Source of the DNA: Bacilli bacterium
GTDB lineage: Bacteria > Bacillota_I > Bacilli_A > RFN20 > CAG-826
DNA: 64,000 nt
Direction of reading: 5' to 3'
NCBI GenBank assembly: GCA_045631885.1
Contig: JAZQVN010000035.1
Location: 262 to 64,261 of the forward strand
Below, piece after piece: positions 39,245-52,449 of the stretch. Numbering within the stretch: the stretch's first letter is position 1; every line of letters starts with the position of its first letter. The notes under the pieces are model-generated. The model worked only from the letters and a program-made list of their open reading frames with translations, did not search any database and had not been told where the DNA came from. The translations under genes and the position numbers were made by a program.

Positions 39245-39619
39245 CTACCCTTGCGACCGCTGTATTATTTGCATATATAAGTCTACTATTTTTGACCAGT
39301 TAATAACTAAAGCAACAATAATGGCAATTAGCAACAATGTATGCAATATAATCCCAATCCATGCCCCTATATTTGTTCTTCTTTTATTTATTGCCAACGC
39401 AATAATTAATCCAGGAAAACCAAAGAAAAACACAAGAAGAAAACCAGCAATCGAACTTCCTTGGTCTTGATAAAGAATCAGTCCGTTTGTGTTTGATATT
39501 CTCGTTAAATCTGCGGTCGATGCAACTGGTTGAATCGGTTGCAAGTATTCATGGCAAAGAGGACATTGAGTAACTCCTTGTTGAAGATACAAACCACATT
39601 TAGGACACCTATAGCTCAT
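39245..39619 (-). CDS. Zinc-ribbon membrane protein
   Basis: 124 aa. N-terminal CPKCG...CPLC ribbon, linker, and two TM helices. Confidence 0.55.
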   Translation of the reverse strand: MSYRCPKCGLYLQQGVTQCPLCHEYLQPIQPVASTADLTRISNTNGLILYQDQGSSIAGFLLVFFFGFPGLIIALAINKRRTNIGAWIGIILHTLLLIAIIVALVINWSKIVDLYMQIIQRSQG

Positions 39620-39718
39620 TATATGTAAACCTTTTCTTTACTTTTCTTATTAATTATAGATAACTTTGCTTTACGTTTCTACATTTTTGAATAATTTAGT
39701 AAAGAAAATACTTACAAT

Positions 39719-39991
39719 TTGAGTATGGAAAATAGATTACAAGAATATAGAAAGAAAAGAGGTTACACTCAAGATCAAATGGCGTCTTTGATTTCTGTGT
39801 CCAGGCAGACATACATTAACTATGAGTCAGGAAAAGCCGAACCTTCATTTGAAACTCTTAAATTGATTTCTAAAATATTGAAGACTCCTATTGATGATTT
39901 GCTAGATAATGATTGCTATGCCTCTGATAGAAATGGAATCACGAAACAACTTGTAAATGACATTGAAGAAATCTTAAAACAATATAAATAG
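39719..39991 (+). CDS. XRE-family helix-turn-helix transcriptional regulator
   Basis: 90 aa. RLQEYRKKRGYTQDQMASLISVSRQTYINYESGKAEP is a classic Cro/C1-type HTH. Confidence 0.8.
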   Translation: MSMENRLQEYRKKRGYTQDQMASLISVSRQTYINYESGKAEPSFETLKLISKILKTPIDDLLDNDCYASDRNGITKQLVNDIEEILKQYK

Positions 39992-40208
39992 GTATATGAA
40001 TTGACGAAGGTAGCCAGTGGCTACTTTTTAATATATTCAGAATGTGTTCAAACGTTTTAATAATTCCAATATTTTTTTCTCTTTCATATTGATTGTTAAA
40101 TATCAATAACATAATATAAAAGCACACATAACGGGAACATCCACTTATTAAGTTCATTTATTCATTTTTAATTCTTTTTATCAATTGTCAATTCTAACCA
40201 CTAGTTAA

Positions 40209-40252
40209 ATATATCGTTCCCACTAAAAAATCTTTCTATAGGGACGATATAT
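40209..40252. promoter_or_regulatory. Imperfect 12/13-bp inverted repeat upstream of the 117-aa ORF; candidate operator or 5'-UTR hairpin
   Basis: atatatcgttccc ... gggacgatatat, with arms 19 nt apart, ending 8 nt before the AAAGGTGG RBS. Confidence 0.3.
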
Positions 40253-40269
40253 AGAAAGGTGGTTTTATT

Positions 40270-40623
40270 ATGCCGAGATATAGAAAGTACAACGGAAAAG
40301 ACAAATATCATTTTCGTTTTTTCCGCAAAAATGGTCGCCATCCATTTATCGTTGTCTTAGTAGAAACGAAAGGAGAAAGCAAAAAAACACGATTAAGTGG
40401 ATACATGATTACCCATGATATTAGTAAGAAATTGGATTATCCTGATTCTTATATTCAATTAAACATGAATCCAAATCCTAAAGACGATAGTCCTTCTTAT
40501 TTGTGCGTCACAAGGATTGACAATGTCTTGCAAAAGTTTTTCTCAAAACCTTTTCCGAATTGGCATCTATCAAAAGAAGATGAAGAGTTAATTGATGAGT
40601 TGGAAAAGAAAAAATCTTCCTAA
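40270..40623 (+). CDS. Hypothetical basic protein
   Basis: 117 aa. Lys/Arg-rich N-terminus and an acidic C-terminus (EDEELIDELEKKK). No motif recognised. Confidence 0.45.
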   Translation: MPRYRKYNGKDKYHFRFFRKNGRHPFIVVLVETKGESKKTRLSGYMITHDISKKLDYPDSYIQLNMNPNPKDDSPSYLCVTRIDNVLQKFFSKPFPNWHLSKEDEELIDELEKKKSS

Positions 40624-40818
40624 TGGAAGATACTTTCACATTGAACCGCTTACCCCAATAAGCTAATGAATAATCTCTATGGCTCAAATGCTTTCGTATA
40701 GTTACATGAATGAGGGCTATACTTACCAAGGATGGATTATCACCCTTCTGTTCTTGAAGCGTTTCCCGAAGAATAGCTTCCTTTCTATGTTTACCAGTTA
40801 ACTGGTATCGGGTAATTT

Positions 40819-40894
40819 TGGTGGATCTGACGAGGATCGAACTCGCTACCTCCTCCATGCCATGGAGGCGCTCTCCCAGGTGAGCTACAGACCC
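40819..40894 (-). tRNA. tRNA-Ala (anticodon GGC)
   Basis: Reverse complement GGGTCTGTAGCTCACCTGGGAGAGCGCCTCCATGGCATGGAGGAGGTAGCGAGTTCGATCCTCGTCAGATCCACCA folds as a cloverleaf with the G3:U70 identity pair and an encoded CCA. Confidence 0.85.
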
Positions 40895-40975
40895 GTTAGC
40901 GTTTTTAATCTTATACAAAGTCGATAAAAATAGCAATAGAAATTTATTCTTATTATCTTTCTAAATAGAAAGAGA

Positions 40976-42325
40976 CTATTTATCTTGTTTTTCTTGATCG
41001 ATTTCCTCAATAGTCCTGGAATCTTTATGAGGAATTTGTTTCCATTTCACTTTAAAGAATAAAGAGATAATAGAAATTGGAATAGAAATTAAATCATACC
41101 AAGGCCAAACGATGATGTAGAAAATAGCTTTCGGTAATGAGCAATGGATATTCTTCCATTCTTTAATAGCAATCAATACACCTGCGAACCACGCGGCTAT
41201 ACATATACCTAATATATTATTAATAGTGAACGCTAAGAAGGAGTTCCAGTTATAATCCGCTCCTCCAGTAAATCCCAAGATTAACGAAGTTACATTATAA
41301 ATTAATGTGACTAAGAAGGTGAATAAAGCATATGGGAAGATATCCCAGAAGATATCATATTTTGCCCATGTTGGTTTTTTGAAGAATGATTTCACCAATC
41401 TCCAAGAATCTAAAGCCCAAACGATTAATGAACCTTTGTTCCATCTGAAACGCTGTCTCATTTGGATAAAGAAGTTTGTTGGTTGTTCATCGTAACATAT
41501 CGCTTCATCGGTATAACCTAAACGATTATTCGCGGAGATATTTTTAATAACGAATTCCATATCTTCCACCAATCGATGCCATTTCCAGCCATCCATTAAT
41601 AACTTGCTGCTCACGAGATAACCACTACCGGTTCCGGAAGTTAATGATTTTAAAATCATTCTTGGTCTATGGTTAGCCATTGTAATACGGTAGAAGTTAA
41701 AGCCATATGCAGATGAAATGATGTTGTCTTGGAAATTCTTTGGGCAGCGATAACCGGTAATAACATCAAATCTTCCGGTTTGGAAAGCATCATTCATCTT
41801 ACTAACGAATTGATGGTCAACAACATTATCTGCATCTAAAAGTAAGTAAGCATCATAATAATCGATGCCAACTTCTTCTTTAATGTGATTGAAAAGGAAT
41901 TCTAATCCCCAACCTTTTCTCGCTTTACTTAAATCATGTCTTTCAAAAACATGACAGCCTAATTCTCTAGCGATTTCTGCGGTTTTATCATTCTCGCTAC
42001 AATTGTCTGCGACTAGCCAAATATCAATTAATTCACTTGGATAGTCTTGTTTTCTCATTGATTCAATTGTGTTTCTGATAACTAGTTCTTCGTTCTTCGC
42101 AGAAATGATGAATGCATATCTTTTATCTTTTGGAGCTTCTGGGTAGGAGATTCTTTTACCAAAGAAACCGATTAAAATATAAACAAATCTATACGCGGTA
42201 AATATACCAATCACTAAAGTGATAATGACACAGATAAAGTTTAAAAGACCTTGCACTGTATCTAATTTATCTAAACCAAGGTAATCATTTAAAAGATAGT
42301 TTTTTAACCATTCCCAAAATTCCAT
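40976..42325 (-). CDS. Family-2 processive glycosyltransferase (QxxRW type; PgaC/chitin- or cellulose-synthase-like)
   Basis: Start revised to the Met at 42325, because the tracked N-terminal extension overlaps tRNA-Arg. N-terminal TM, GT-A domain with DAD, the QRFRW motif, and a C-terminal multi-TM region. Confidence 0.75.
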   Translation of the reverse strand: MEFWEWLKNYLLNDYLGLDKLDTVQGLLNFICVIITLVIGIFTAYRFVYILIGFFGKRISYPEAPKDKRYAFIISAKNEELVIRNTIESMRKQDYPSELIDIWLVADNCSENDKTAEIARELGCHVFERHDLSKARKGWGLEFLFNHIKEEVGIDYYDAYLLLDADNVVDHQFVSKMNDAFQTGRFDVITGYRCPKNFQDNIISSAYGFNFYRITMANHRPRMILKSLTSGTGSGYLVSSKLLMDGWKWHRLVEDMEFVIKNISANNRLGYTDEAICYDEQPTNFFIQMRQRFRWNKGSLIVWALDSWRLVKSFFKKPTWAKYDIFWDIFPYALFTFLVTLIYNVTSLILGFTGGADYNWNSFLAFTINNILGICIAAWFAGVLIAIKEWKNIHCSLPKAIFYIIVWPWYDLISIPISIISLFFKVKWKQIPHKDSRTIEEIDQEKQDK

Positions 42326-42342
42326 AATAAACCCTTTCTTAG

Positions 42343-42419
42343 TGGCGCGCCCGAGACGATTTGAACGTCCGACTCCCAACTTAGGAGGTTGGTACTCTAT
42401 CCAGCTGAGTTACGGGCGC
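42343..42419 (-). tRNA. tRNA-Arg (anticodon CCT)
   Basis: Reverse complement GCGCCCGTAACTCAGCTGGATAGAGTACCAACCTCCTAAGTTGGGAGTCGGACGTTCAAATCGTCTCGGGCGCGCCA folds as a cloverleaf with anticodon loop CTCCTAA. Confidence 0.85.
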
Positions 42420-42433
42420 AAACCATTAATAAC

Positions 42434-43342
42434 TTATTTTAAGAAGAAATCTAAGATGTCTTTCGCCACTTCTTCCTTGCGATCTTCGTTTAAGATTTCA
42501 TGACGTAATCCTTCATAGATTTTCGTGGAGACATCTTTAACTCCATATTTGTGATACATCTCTTCTAAGATGCCAACAGCTTTACCATATGTGGTAACTG
42601 GGTCATCACTACCGGAGATAATAAAGATTTTTGTATCAGGATTCAATAATTTTAAAGATTTATCTTTATGAATTGGTAACATGCCTTCGATAAATTCTAA
42701 GCAGAAACCTTTTCTTGGACCAAATCCACATAATGGGTCAGCGATATATTTATCAACGTTTTCTTCGTTAACTGATAACCAGTCAAATGGTGTTCTTGGG
42801 TTTTTGATCTTCTTATTGAAAGAACCAAACATTAAGCTGTTCATTAAACCCGCTTTTTCATCTCTATTTTTCTTAGAGGTTGTCATCTTCGCTAACATAT
42901 GACCCATACCTAAGACTGGGTTTTTGCTTCCTGAACCACATAAAACGATTTTCTCTACTTCGCCTGGGAAGACTTGTAAAAATCTTTGACCCATAAATGA
43001 ACCCATAGAGTGGGAGAAGATATATGTTGGTTTCTTTGTTTCTTCTTTTAATTGAACGATTAATGCGTGAACCGCTTCGATTTGACGCATAAAACCATTT
43101 TCTGGCCAAATACCAATATTGGATAAATCTTCTTTGACATTGAGACCTTGACCAAAGGTATCTAAAGCATAAGCATCCGCGCCATGTTCGTTAAGGTACT
43201 TCGCTAAGAAGTCATAACGGGAACAATGTTCCTCCATACCTTCCATGATAACAACATTGAATTTGCTATCTTTTGTTAACCACTTTAAACCTTGTAAAGT
43301 GTCTTCACCATTAGTGAATGAGAATTGTTTTGCTTCGCTCAT
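42434..43342 (-). CDS. Alpha/beta hydrolase, lysophospholipase / monoacylglycerol-lipase-like
   Basis: Start revised to the Met at 43342, 3 nt after the galE stop. GHSMGS nucleophile elbow. Confidence 0.65.
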   Translation of the reverse strand: MSEAKQFSFTNGEDTLQGLKWLTKDSKFNVVIMEGMEEHCSRYDFLAKYLNEHGADAYALDTFGQGLNVKEDLSNIGIWPENGFMRQIEAVHALIVQLKEETKKPTYIFSHSMGSFMGQRFLQVFPGEVEKIVLCGSGSKNPVLGMGHMLAKMTTSKKNRDEKAGLMNSLMFGSFNKKIKNPRTPFDWLSVNEENVDKYIADPLCGFGPRKGFCLEFIEGMLPIHKDKSLKLLNPDTKIFIISGSDDPVTTYGKAVGILEEMYHKYGVKDVSTKIYEGLRHEILNEDRKEEVAKDILDFFLK

Positions 43343-43344
43343 AA

Positions 43345-44361
43345 TTAATCTCCATATCCGTTTGGATTGTTCTTTTGCCAATGCCATGAATCTCGACATG
43401 CATCAACGATATCTAATTGAGTCTTAAAGCCCATTTCATCATAAGCTTTTTGGCAATCCGCATAGTTTTCATCAACATCGCCTGGACGACGTTCGCAAAT
43501 TACATAATTGATTTTGATGTTATTGGCTTTTTCAAAAGCGTGAACTAATTCAAGAACGCTTGTTCCTTTGCCAGTGCCTAAGTTATAGATGACTAAGCCT
43601 GGTTTAGTTTCTAATTTCTTTAAAGCGCAGAGGTGGCCTCTTGCTAAATCGACAACGTGGATATAGTCTCTGACACCAGTGCCATCGACGGTTTTATAAT
43701 CATCACCATAAACATTTAAATGATCTCTTTTACCGACAGCGACTTGAGTGATATATGGCATTAAGTTATTTGGAATACCTTGTGGGTCTTCACCAATTAA
43801 ACCAGATGAATGCGCACCGATTGGGTTGAAGTAACGCAAGATTGCGATGTTGGCATCCTTATGTTCTTTCGCGTAATCTTTGAGTAAATATTCAATGTCT
43901 AATTTGGTTTGTCCATAAGGGTTTGTACATCCACCAACTTTATCAGTTTCTTTAAGTGGGACATGATCTGGAACACCATAAACTGTCGCGCTCGAGGAGA
44001 AGACAATGTTATGTACTCCATATTTTGTCATGAGCTTTAAAAGAACCTTACTGCTACCGACGTTATTATCGATATAAAGTTGAGGTTTTGCCACTGATTC
44101 CGCGACGCTTTTTAAGCCGGCGAAATGGATGACATCGGTGATGTTTTCCTTTTCAAAAACTTCACTCATTTTTTCTTCATCTTGCACAGAAACTTCGTAA
44201 AATCTTGGCTTTTTGCCGGTAATTTTGAAAATTCTGTTCAAAACTTCTGGTTTAGAATTGACATAGTTATCGACGATGACAACGTCGTATCCGTTGTTTA
44301 ATAAATCAACAACTGTATGGGAACCAATATACCCGGTTCCACCTGTAACTAGAATGGCCAT
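43345..44361 (-). CDS. galE: UDP-glucose 4-epimerase
   Basis: 338 aa. MAILVTGGTGYIGSH Rossmann motif and a catalytic Y..K. Confidence 0.9.
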   Translation of the reverse strand: MAILVTGGTGYIGSHTVVDLLNNGYDVVIVDNYVNSKPEVLNRIFKITGKKPRFYEVSVQDEEKMSEVFEKENITDVIHFAGLKSVAESVAKPQLYIDNNVGSSKVLLKLMTKYGVHNIVFSSSATVYGVPDHVPLKETDKVGGCTNPYGQTKLDIEYLLKDYAKEHKDANIAILRYFNPIGAHSSGLIGEDPQGIPNNLMPYITQVAVGKRDHLNVYGDDYKTVDGTGVRDYIHVVDLARGHLCALKKLETKPGLVIYNLGTGKGTSVLELVHAFEKANNIKINYVICERRPGDVDENYADCQKAYDEMGFKTQLDIVDACRDSWHWQKNNPNGYGD

Positions 44362-44364
44362 TTG

Positions 44365-45786
44365 CTATCTCCTTTTCAGTTCTTCCACTACCATTTTATT
44401 TGTCAAAGCTGGATTAGCTTTTCCTGATGTTTTCTTTATGACTATCCCGACTACATAGCCGACTATTCGAGTCTTTCCGTTTTTGTAGTCATCCACTAGT
44501 TGAGGGGAGTCATTTAAAATTTCTTTAATGATTTCGTTTATTTCTTCAGCGTTATTATTTATCGCTCCAATGCTCTCAATAATAGATTGAGGGGAATCAC
44601 TCACATCTATCATTTTAACAAATATTTCTCTTCCTTGCTTATTAGATATTTCACCTTTTTCAATTAAGCGTATTAATTCTGCGAGTCGAGAAGGTCTAAT
44701 TGGGAATGAAGATATATCAATTTCGTTTTTGATAATATACGATCTCACTTCGCCGTTTACCCAGTTAGCGCCTATCTTTGGATTGATGTTATTTTCTAAA
44801 AGTTCATCGTAATATTCTGATGTCTCTTTATCGATGAGGAGTAACGAGCAATCATAATCACTTAACCCCAAAGATTTATATCTAGCATATTTTTCTTTTG
44901 CTAGTTCTGGAGAAGTATTAATCGCATCATCAATGAATTCTTTTGATAACTTAATTGGTAAGATATTTGCTTCTGTGTAATATTTGTAGTCAATTGAATC
45001 CATCTTTAATCTCATCGGAACTGTCTTTTGACTATTTTCATCAAATCTTCTTGTTTCTTGAATAACAGTTTTACCTTCTTGATAAAGTTTTGTTTGACGG
45101 AAGATTTCATAATCAATGGCTTTTTGGATGTTTGTTAAGGTATTGATGTTCTTAATTTCCGCTTTCGGACCGAGTTTATCACTACCTATTGTTCTCAAGG
45201 AGACATTGACATCACACCTTAAAGAACCTTCCTCCATTTTTCCGTTTGAAACACCTAAGAAGGTCGCGATAGAACGTATTTCTTCAACGAATTTCATCGC
45301 TTCTTCACCGTTATGGAACTCTGGATTTGACACTATTTCAATAAGCGGGATACCCGCTCTATTGTAATCAAGATATGAACGGACAGGAGAGTGGGTTTGT
45401 TTACAAGTATCTTCTTCGATATGTAATCTTTCGATATTTATTCTCTTTTCACCTAAAGATGTTTTGATTATTACATAACCATTTTTACCAAGCGGTCTTC
45501 TAAATTGAGTGATTTGATATCCCTTTGGTAAATCGCTATAAAAATAGTTTTTACGATCAAACCATAACTCATCATCAATTTCCATATTTAAAGCGTGAGC
45601 TAATCTAATCGCATTAATCACCGCTTGTTTATTGACTAAAGGAAGAGCTCCAGGAAAAGCGATATCTAAAGGAGCAACATGGCTATTTGGTTCATCACCA
45701 AAACTAACCGCAGAAGCGGAGAACATTTTGCTCTTAGTTTTCATTTGGACATGGAGTTCTAGTCCAATAATCGCTTCAAATTCCAA
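44365..45786 (-). CDS. gatB: Asp/Glu-tRNA amidotransferase subunit B
   Basis: 473 aa. MEFEAIIGLELHVQ is the GatB N-terminus. Confidence 0.95.
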   Translation of the reverse strand: MEFEAIIGLELHVQMKTKSKMFSASAVSFGDEPNSHVAPLDIAFPGALPLVNKQAVINAIRLAHALNMEIDDELWFDRKNYFYSDLPKGYQITQFRRPLGKNGYVIIKTSLGEKRINIERLHIEEDTCKQTHSPVRSYLDYNRAGIPLIEIVSNPEFHNGEEAMKFVEEIRSIATFLGVSNGKMEEGSLRCDVNVSLRTIGSDKLGPKAEIKNINTLTNIQKAIDYEIFRQTKLYQEGKTVIQETRRFDENSQKTVPMRLKMDSIDYKYYTEANILPIKLSKEFIDDAINTSPELAKEKYARYKSLGLSDYDCSLLLIDKETSEYYDELLENNINPKIGANWVNGEVRSYIIKNEIDISSFPIRPSRLAELIRLIEKGEISNKQGREIFVKMIDVSDSPQSIIESIGAINNNAEEINEIIKEILNDSPQLVDDYKNGKTRIVGYVVGIVIKKTSGKANPALTNKMVVEELKRR

Positions 45787-45788
45787 GA

Positions 45789-47249
45789 CTATCTCTCCTT
45801 TCCCGCTACTAGATCTTTTAATCCAGTGATATCTTCAATATTTTTAGCTAAAGCTAAAACGTTTTCTTCATCAAAAATCTTACCAGTTAAATTAGCCCCA
45901 AAAGGCATACCGTCTTTAAAACCAATTGGCACTGTAATAGATGGTTGTCCACCAAAGTTAGCAAACGCTAAATAGTTATTTGAGACAATCATATTCTTAT
46001 TGAGCCAGTCAGACGCTCCGTGAGAAAAATATGGGGCGATATCAGGCGCAGCTGGTAAATAAATCGCATCGTTATCTTTCAAGATATCATTAATCGCGTT
46101 AACAATTAATCTTCGACACTTTTGAGCTCTTAAAAAGACTTCATTTTGATTTTCTCTTAAAAGAGAATAACTTCCGATAACAAATCTTCTTTTAATTAAT
46201 TCTGAGAAACCCTGGGTTCTTGCTTTCATCATTACTTTTTGATAATCTTCGCCTTCAAAACGTGTACCAAATTTAATGCCATCTAAATTCGCATCATTAC
46301 TAGTTGCCTCTGCGCTAGAAAGAACGATATATGTTGGATAAATTGCTTGGCACAATTTTGAATCCATATGAACGTGATTAATTTTGACTCCTTTAGATGC
46401 GAGCTCTAATAGAGTTTTCTCAAAAGCACTTCTCACTATCTCATCAGTAAATAAACCATAGATTTCATCGATGATCGCGATAGACATTCCTTCAATGTTT
46501 CTGTTTACCGCACCAACATAGTTAGGCACTTCTCTTTCTGAACTAGTCATGTCTTTTTCATCTCTACCAGCAAGAGTTTGTAAAATAATTGCTGAATCTA
46601 AAACATTTCTAGTAAAGAAACCAACGTGATCTAAGGATGGGGCAAATGGGAATAAACCAAAACGAGAGATTCTTCCCCAAGTAGGCTTAAAGCCGACAGT
46701 TCCCGAATGGGACGCTGGTTTTCTCACGCTATCACCCGTATCTGAACCAATGGCAAAAGGAACGATACCAGCGCTTTCAGCTGCAGCGGATCCACAAGAA
46801 GAACCGCCCACCATTCTTTTATGAGACTTATCCCAAGGATTAAATGTTTTGCCTAGATGGCCGGCCATACCGCTTCCACCCATGCCTAATTCATCGAGAG
46901 TGGTTTTACCAATCAATATAGCGCCTTGTTCGGCTAGTCTTAAATAAACTTCGGAAGAATAAACTGGAACATATCCATTAAGGATATTGCTTGATGCGGT
47001 TGTAGGAATATCTTTTGTCGAGAAATTATCTTTTAAAACATATGGGATACCCCATAATAAGTTATTCTTTTTACTTTCATCTAAATGAGACACTGCTTCA
47101 AGGGCTTCTTTTTCACAGATATATTCAAAAGCGTTATTATCGTCAGTTTTAGCTTTCTCGATTGCTTCTTTAACTAAATCTAAAGGAGTTACTTTTCCTT
47201 CGAGTAACAATTGATGGATTTCAAGGATGGACTTATCTAAATAACTCAT
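45789..47249 (-). CDS. gatA: Asp/Glu-tRNA amidotransferase subunit A
   Basis: 486 aa. Amidase signature GGSSCGSAAA and the Ser-cisSer-Lys region. Confidence 0.95.
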   Translation of the reverse strand: MSYLDKSILEIHQLLLEGKVTPLDLVKEAIEKAKTDDNNAFEYICEKEALEAVSHLDESKKNNLLWGIPYVLKDNFSTKDIPTTASSNILNGYVPVYSSEVYLRLAEQGAILIGKTTLDELGMGGSGMAGHLGKTFNPWDKSHKRMVGGSSCGSAAAESAGIVPFAIGSDTGDSVRKPASHSGTVGFKPTWGRISRFGLFPFAPSLDHVGFFTRNVLDSAIILQTLAGRDEKDMTSSEREVPNYVGAVNRNIEGMSIAIIDEIYGLFTDEIVRSAFEKTLLELASKGVKINHVHMDSKLCQAIYPTYIVLSSAEATSNDANLDGIKFGTRFEGEDYQKVMMKARTQGFSELIKRRFVIGSYSLLRENQNEVFLRAQKCRRLIVNAINDILKDNDAIYLPAAPDIAPYFSHGASDWLNKNMIVSNNYLAFANFGGQPSITVPIGFKDGMPFGANLTGKIFDEENVLALAKNIEDITGLKDLVAGKER

Positions 47250-47545
47250 TATCCAATCACCTTTGGAAGAGTAATCATTCCATCCCTTACTTCTTTAGCG
47301 TTTTTCAAAATCTCTTTTTTAGTTAAAGTTTCATCAACTTCATCTTCTCTTAAGTAAGTCGAAAAACAATCATAAGGAAAAACCATTGGTTCAACATCAT
47401 CCACTCCTTCGATTTGAGAAATGATTTCCATTTGATTGAGAATGACATCAAATTCTTTTAGCAAAGTATCGTATTCTTCTTCGCTCATCTCAAATAGTAA
47501 TTTTGATGATGCTTCTTTTAATGTTTCCTTATCGACTTTTTTCAT
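47249..47545 (-). CDS. gatC: Asp/Glu-tRNA amidotransferase subunit C
   Basis: 98 aa, coupled upstream of gatA (1-nt overlap). Confidence 0.8.
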   Translation of the reverse strand: MKKVDKETLKEASSKLLFEMSEEEYDTLLKEFDVILNQMEIISQIEGVDDVEPMVFPYDCFSTYLREDEVDETLTKKEILKNAKEVRDGMITLPKVIG

Positions 47546-47649
47546 AATACAAAGTTCAATCGTATGTATTTTATCACAAAACTTATTTTTGTTTTACATA
47601 AATAAAATCGCCCATAAGAAGGCGAGATTATTTGTGCGTATATTGTTTA

Positions 47650-51872
<4,223 letters not shown>

Positions 51873-51931
51873 ATATTGCTAAGCAATATAATACCATAAC
51901 GACATATCATTTTCAATTTAAATTGAAACCA

Positions 51932-52420
51932 TTAAAAATTGTGGGGTAGGTGTTCTAAGAATTCCAAGATATCTTTTTCTCCTGCAATATTTAGAGTTAA
52001 GGTTTTGTTAGTAATACCTAGCATTGTTGGAGTTCCTAAAATTCCTATATCTTCAGTCTTTGTTTTCCCGATTGTAATTTTAGTATTTGTGATAATAGGA
52101 ATTAGAGAAGAATACTCCATAATGTAAAACCAATCTTTTTCGTTATAAACATAGTCTAGAACAGTTTTCTTGATGTTGTTGCAATGACCACATGTTTGAC
52201 TATAAATATAAACAAAATATTGGCTTTTTGCCGGTAAAAATAGGTTTTTCCATTCAATTTTGACATCGAAGAAATCGTTATAATTTAGTTGCTCCTTTCC
52301 GTCTTCGACATCTACTTTCAAATCGCTAGCTGTACATCCCGCTAGTATGGGGGTAATTAAAAGAAATGGTAAAAAATGCCTCATATATATTAATGCGACA
52401 AAATTGCGATTTTTTTTCAT
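51932..52420 (-). CDS. Thioredoxin-fold lipoprotein with a CGHC active site
   Basis: 162 aa. Lipobox ILAG-C and a thioredoxin-type YSQTCGHCNNIKK motif. Confidence 0.55.
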   Translation of the reverse strand: MKKNRNFVALIYMRHFLPFLLITPILAGCTASDLKVDVEDGKEQLNYNDFFDVKIEWKNLFLPAKSQYFVYIYSQTCGHCNNIKKTVLDYVYNEKDWFYIMEYSSLIPIITNTKITIGKTKTEDIGILGTPTMLGITNKTLTLNIAGEKDILEFLEHLPHNF

Positions 52421-52449
52421 AATTTTTGAAAAAATAATAAAATATTTTC

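Larger units (their letters stand above)
38751..39245 (-). mobile_element. Degenerate IS200/IS605-family element remnant
   Basis: A truncated tnpA flanked by multiple short GC-rich hairpins: gggcagatattagccc, cgccctcctcaagggcg, acccgtaaacgggt, ccccagactatctgggg, aagcctcggtttcccaaggctt. Confidence 0.45.

Noticed and set aside
40508-40936. 142-aa minus-strand ORF in the track
   Set aside because: It reads straight through tRNA-Ala. HLGERLHGMEEVASSILV is the classic translation of a tRNA T-arm/acceptor. No independent coding evidence.
42326-42379. N-terminal extension of the GT2 ORF (MGVGRSNRLGRATKKGFI)
   Set aside because: It overlaps tRNA-Arg(CCT). The true start is the Met at 42325 (MEFWEWLKNY).
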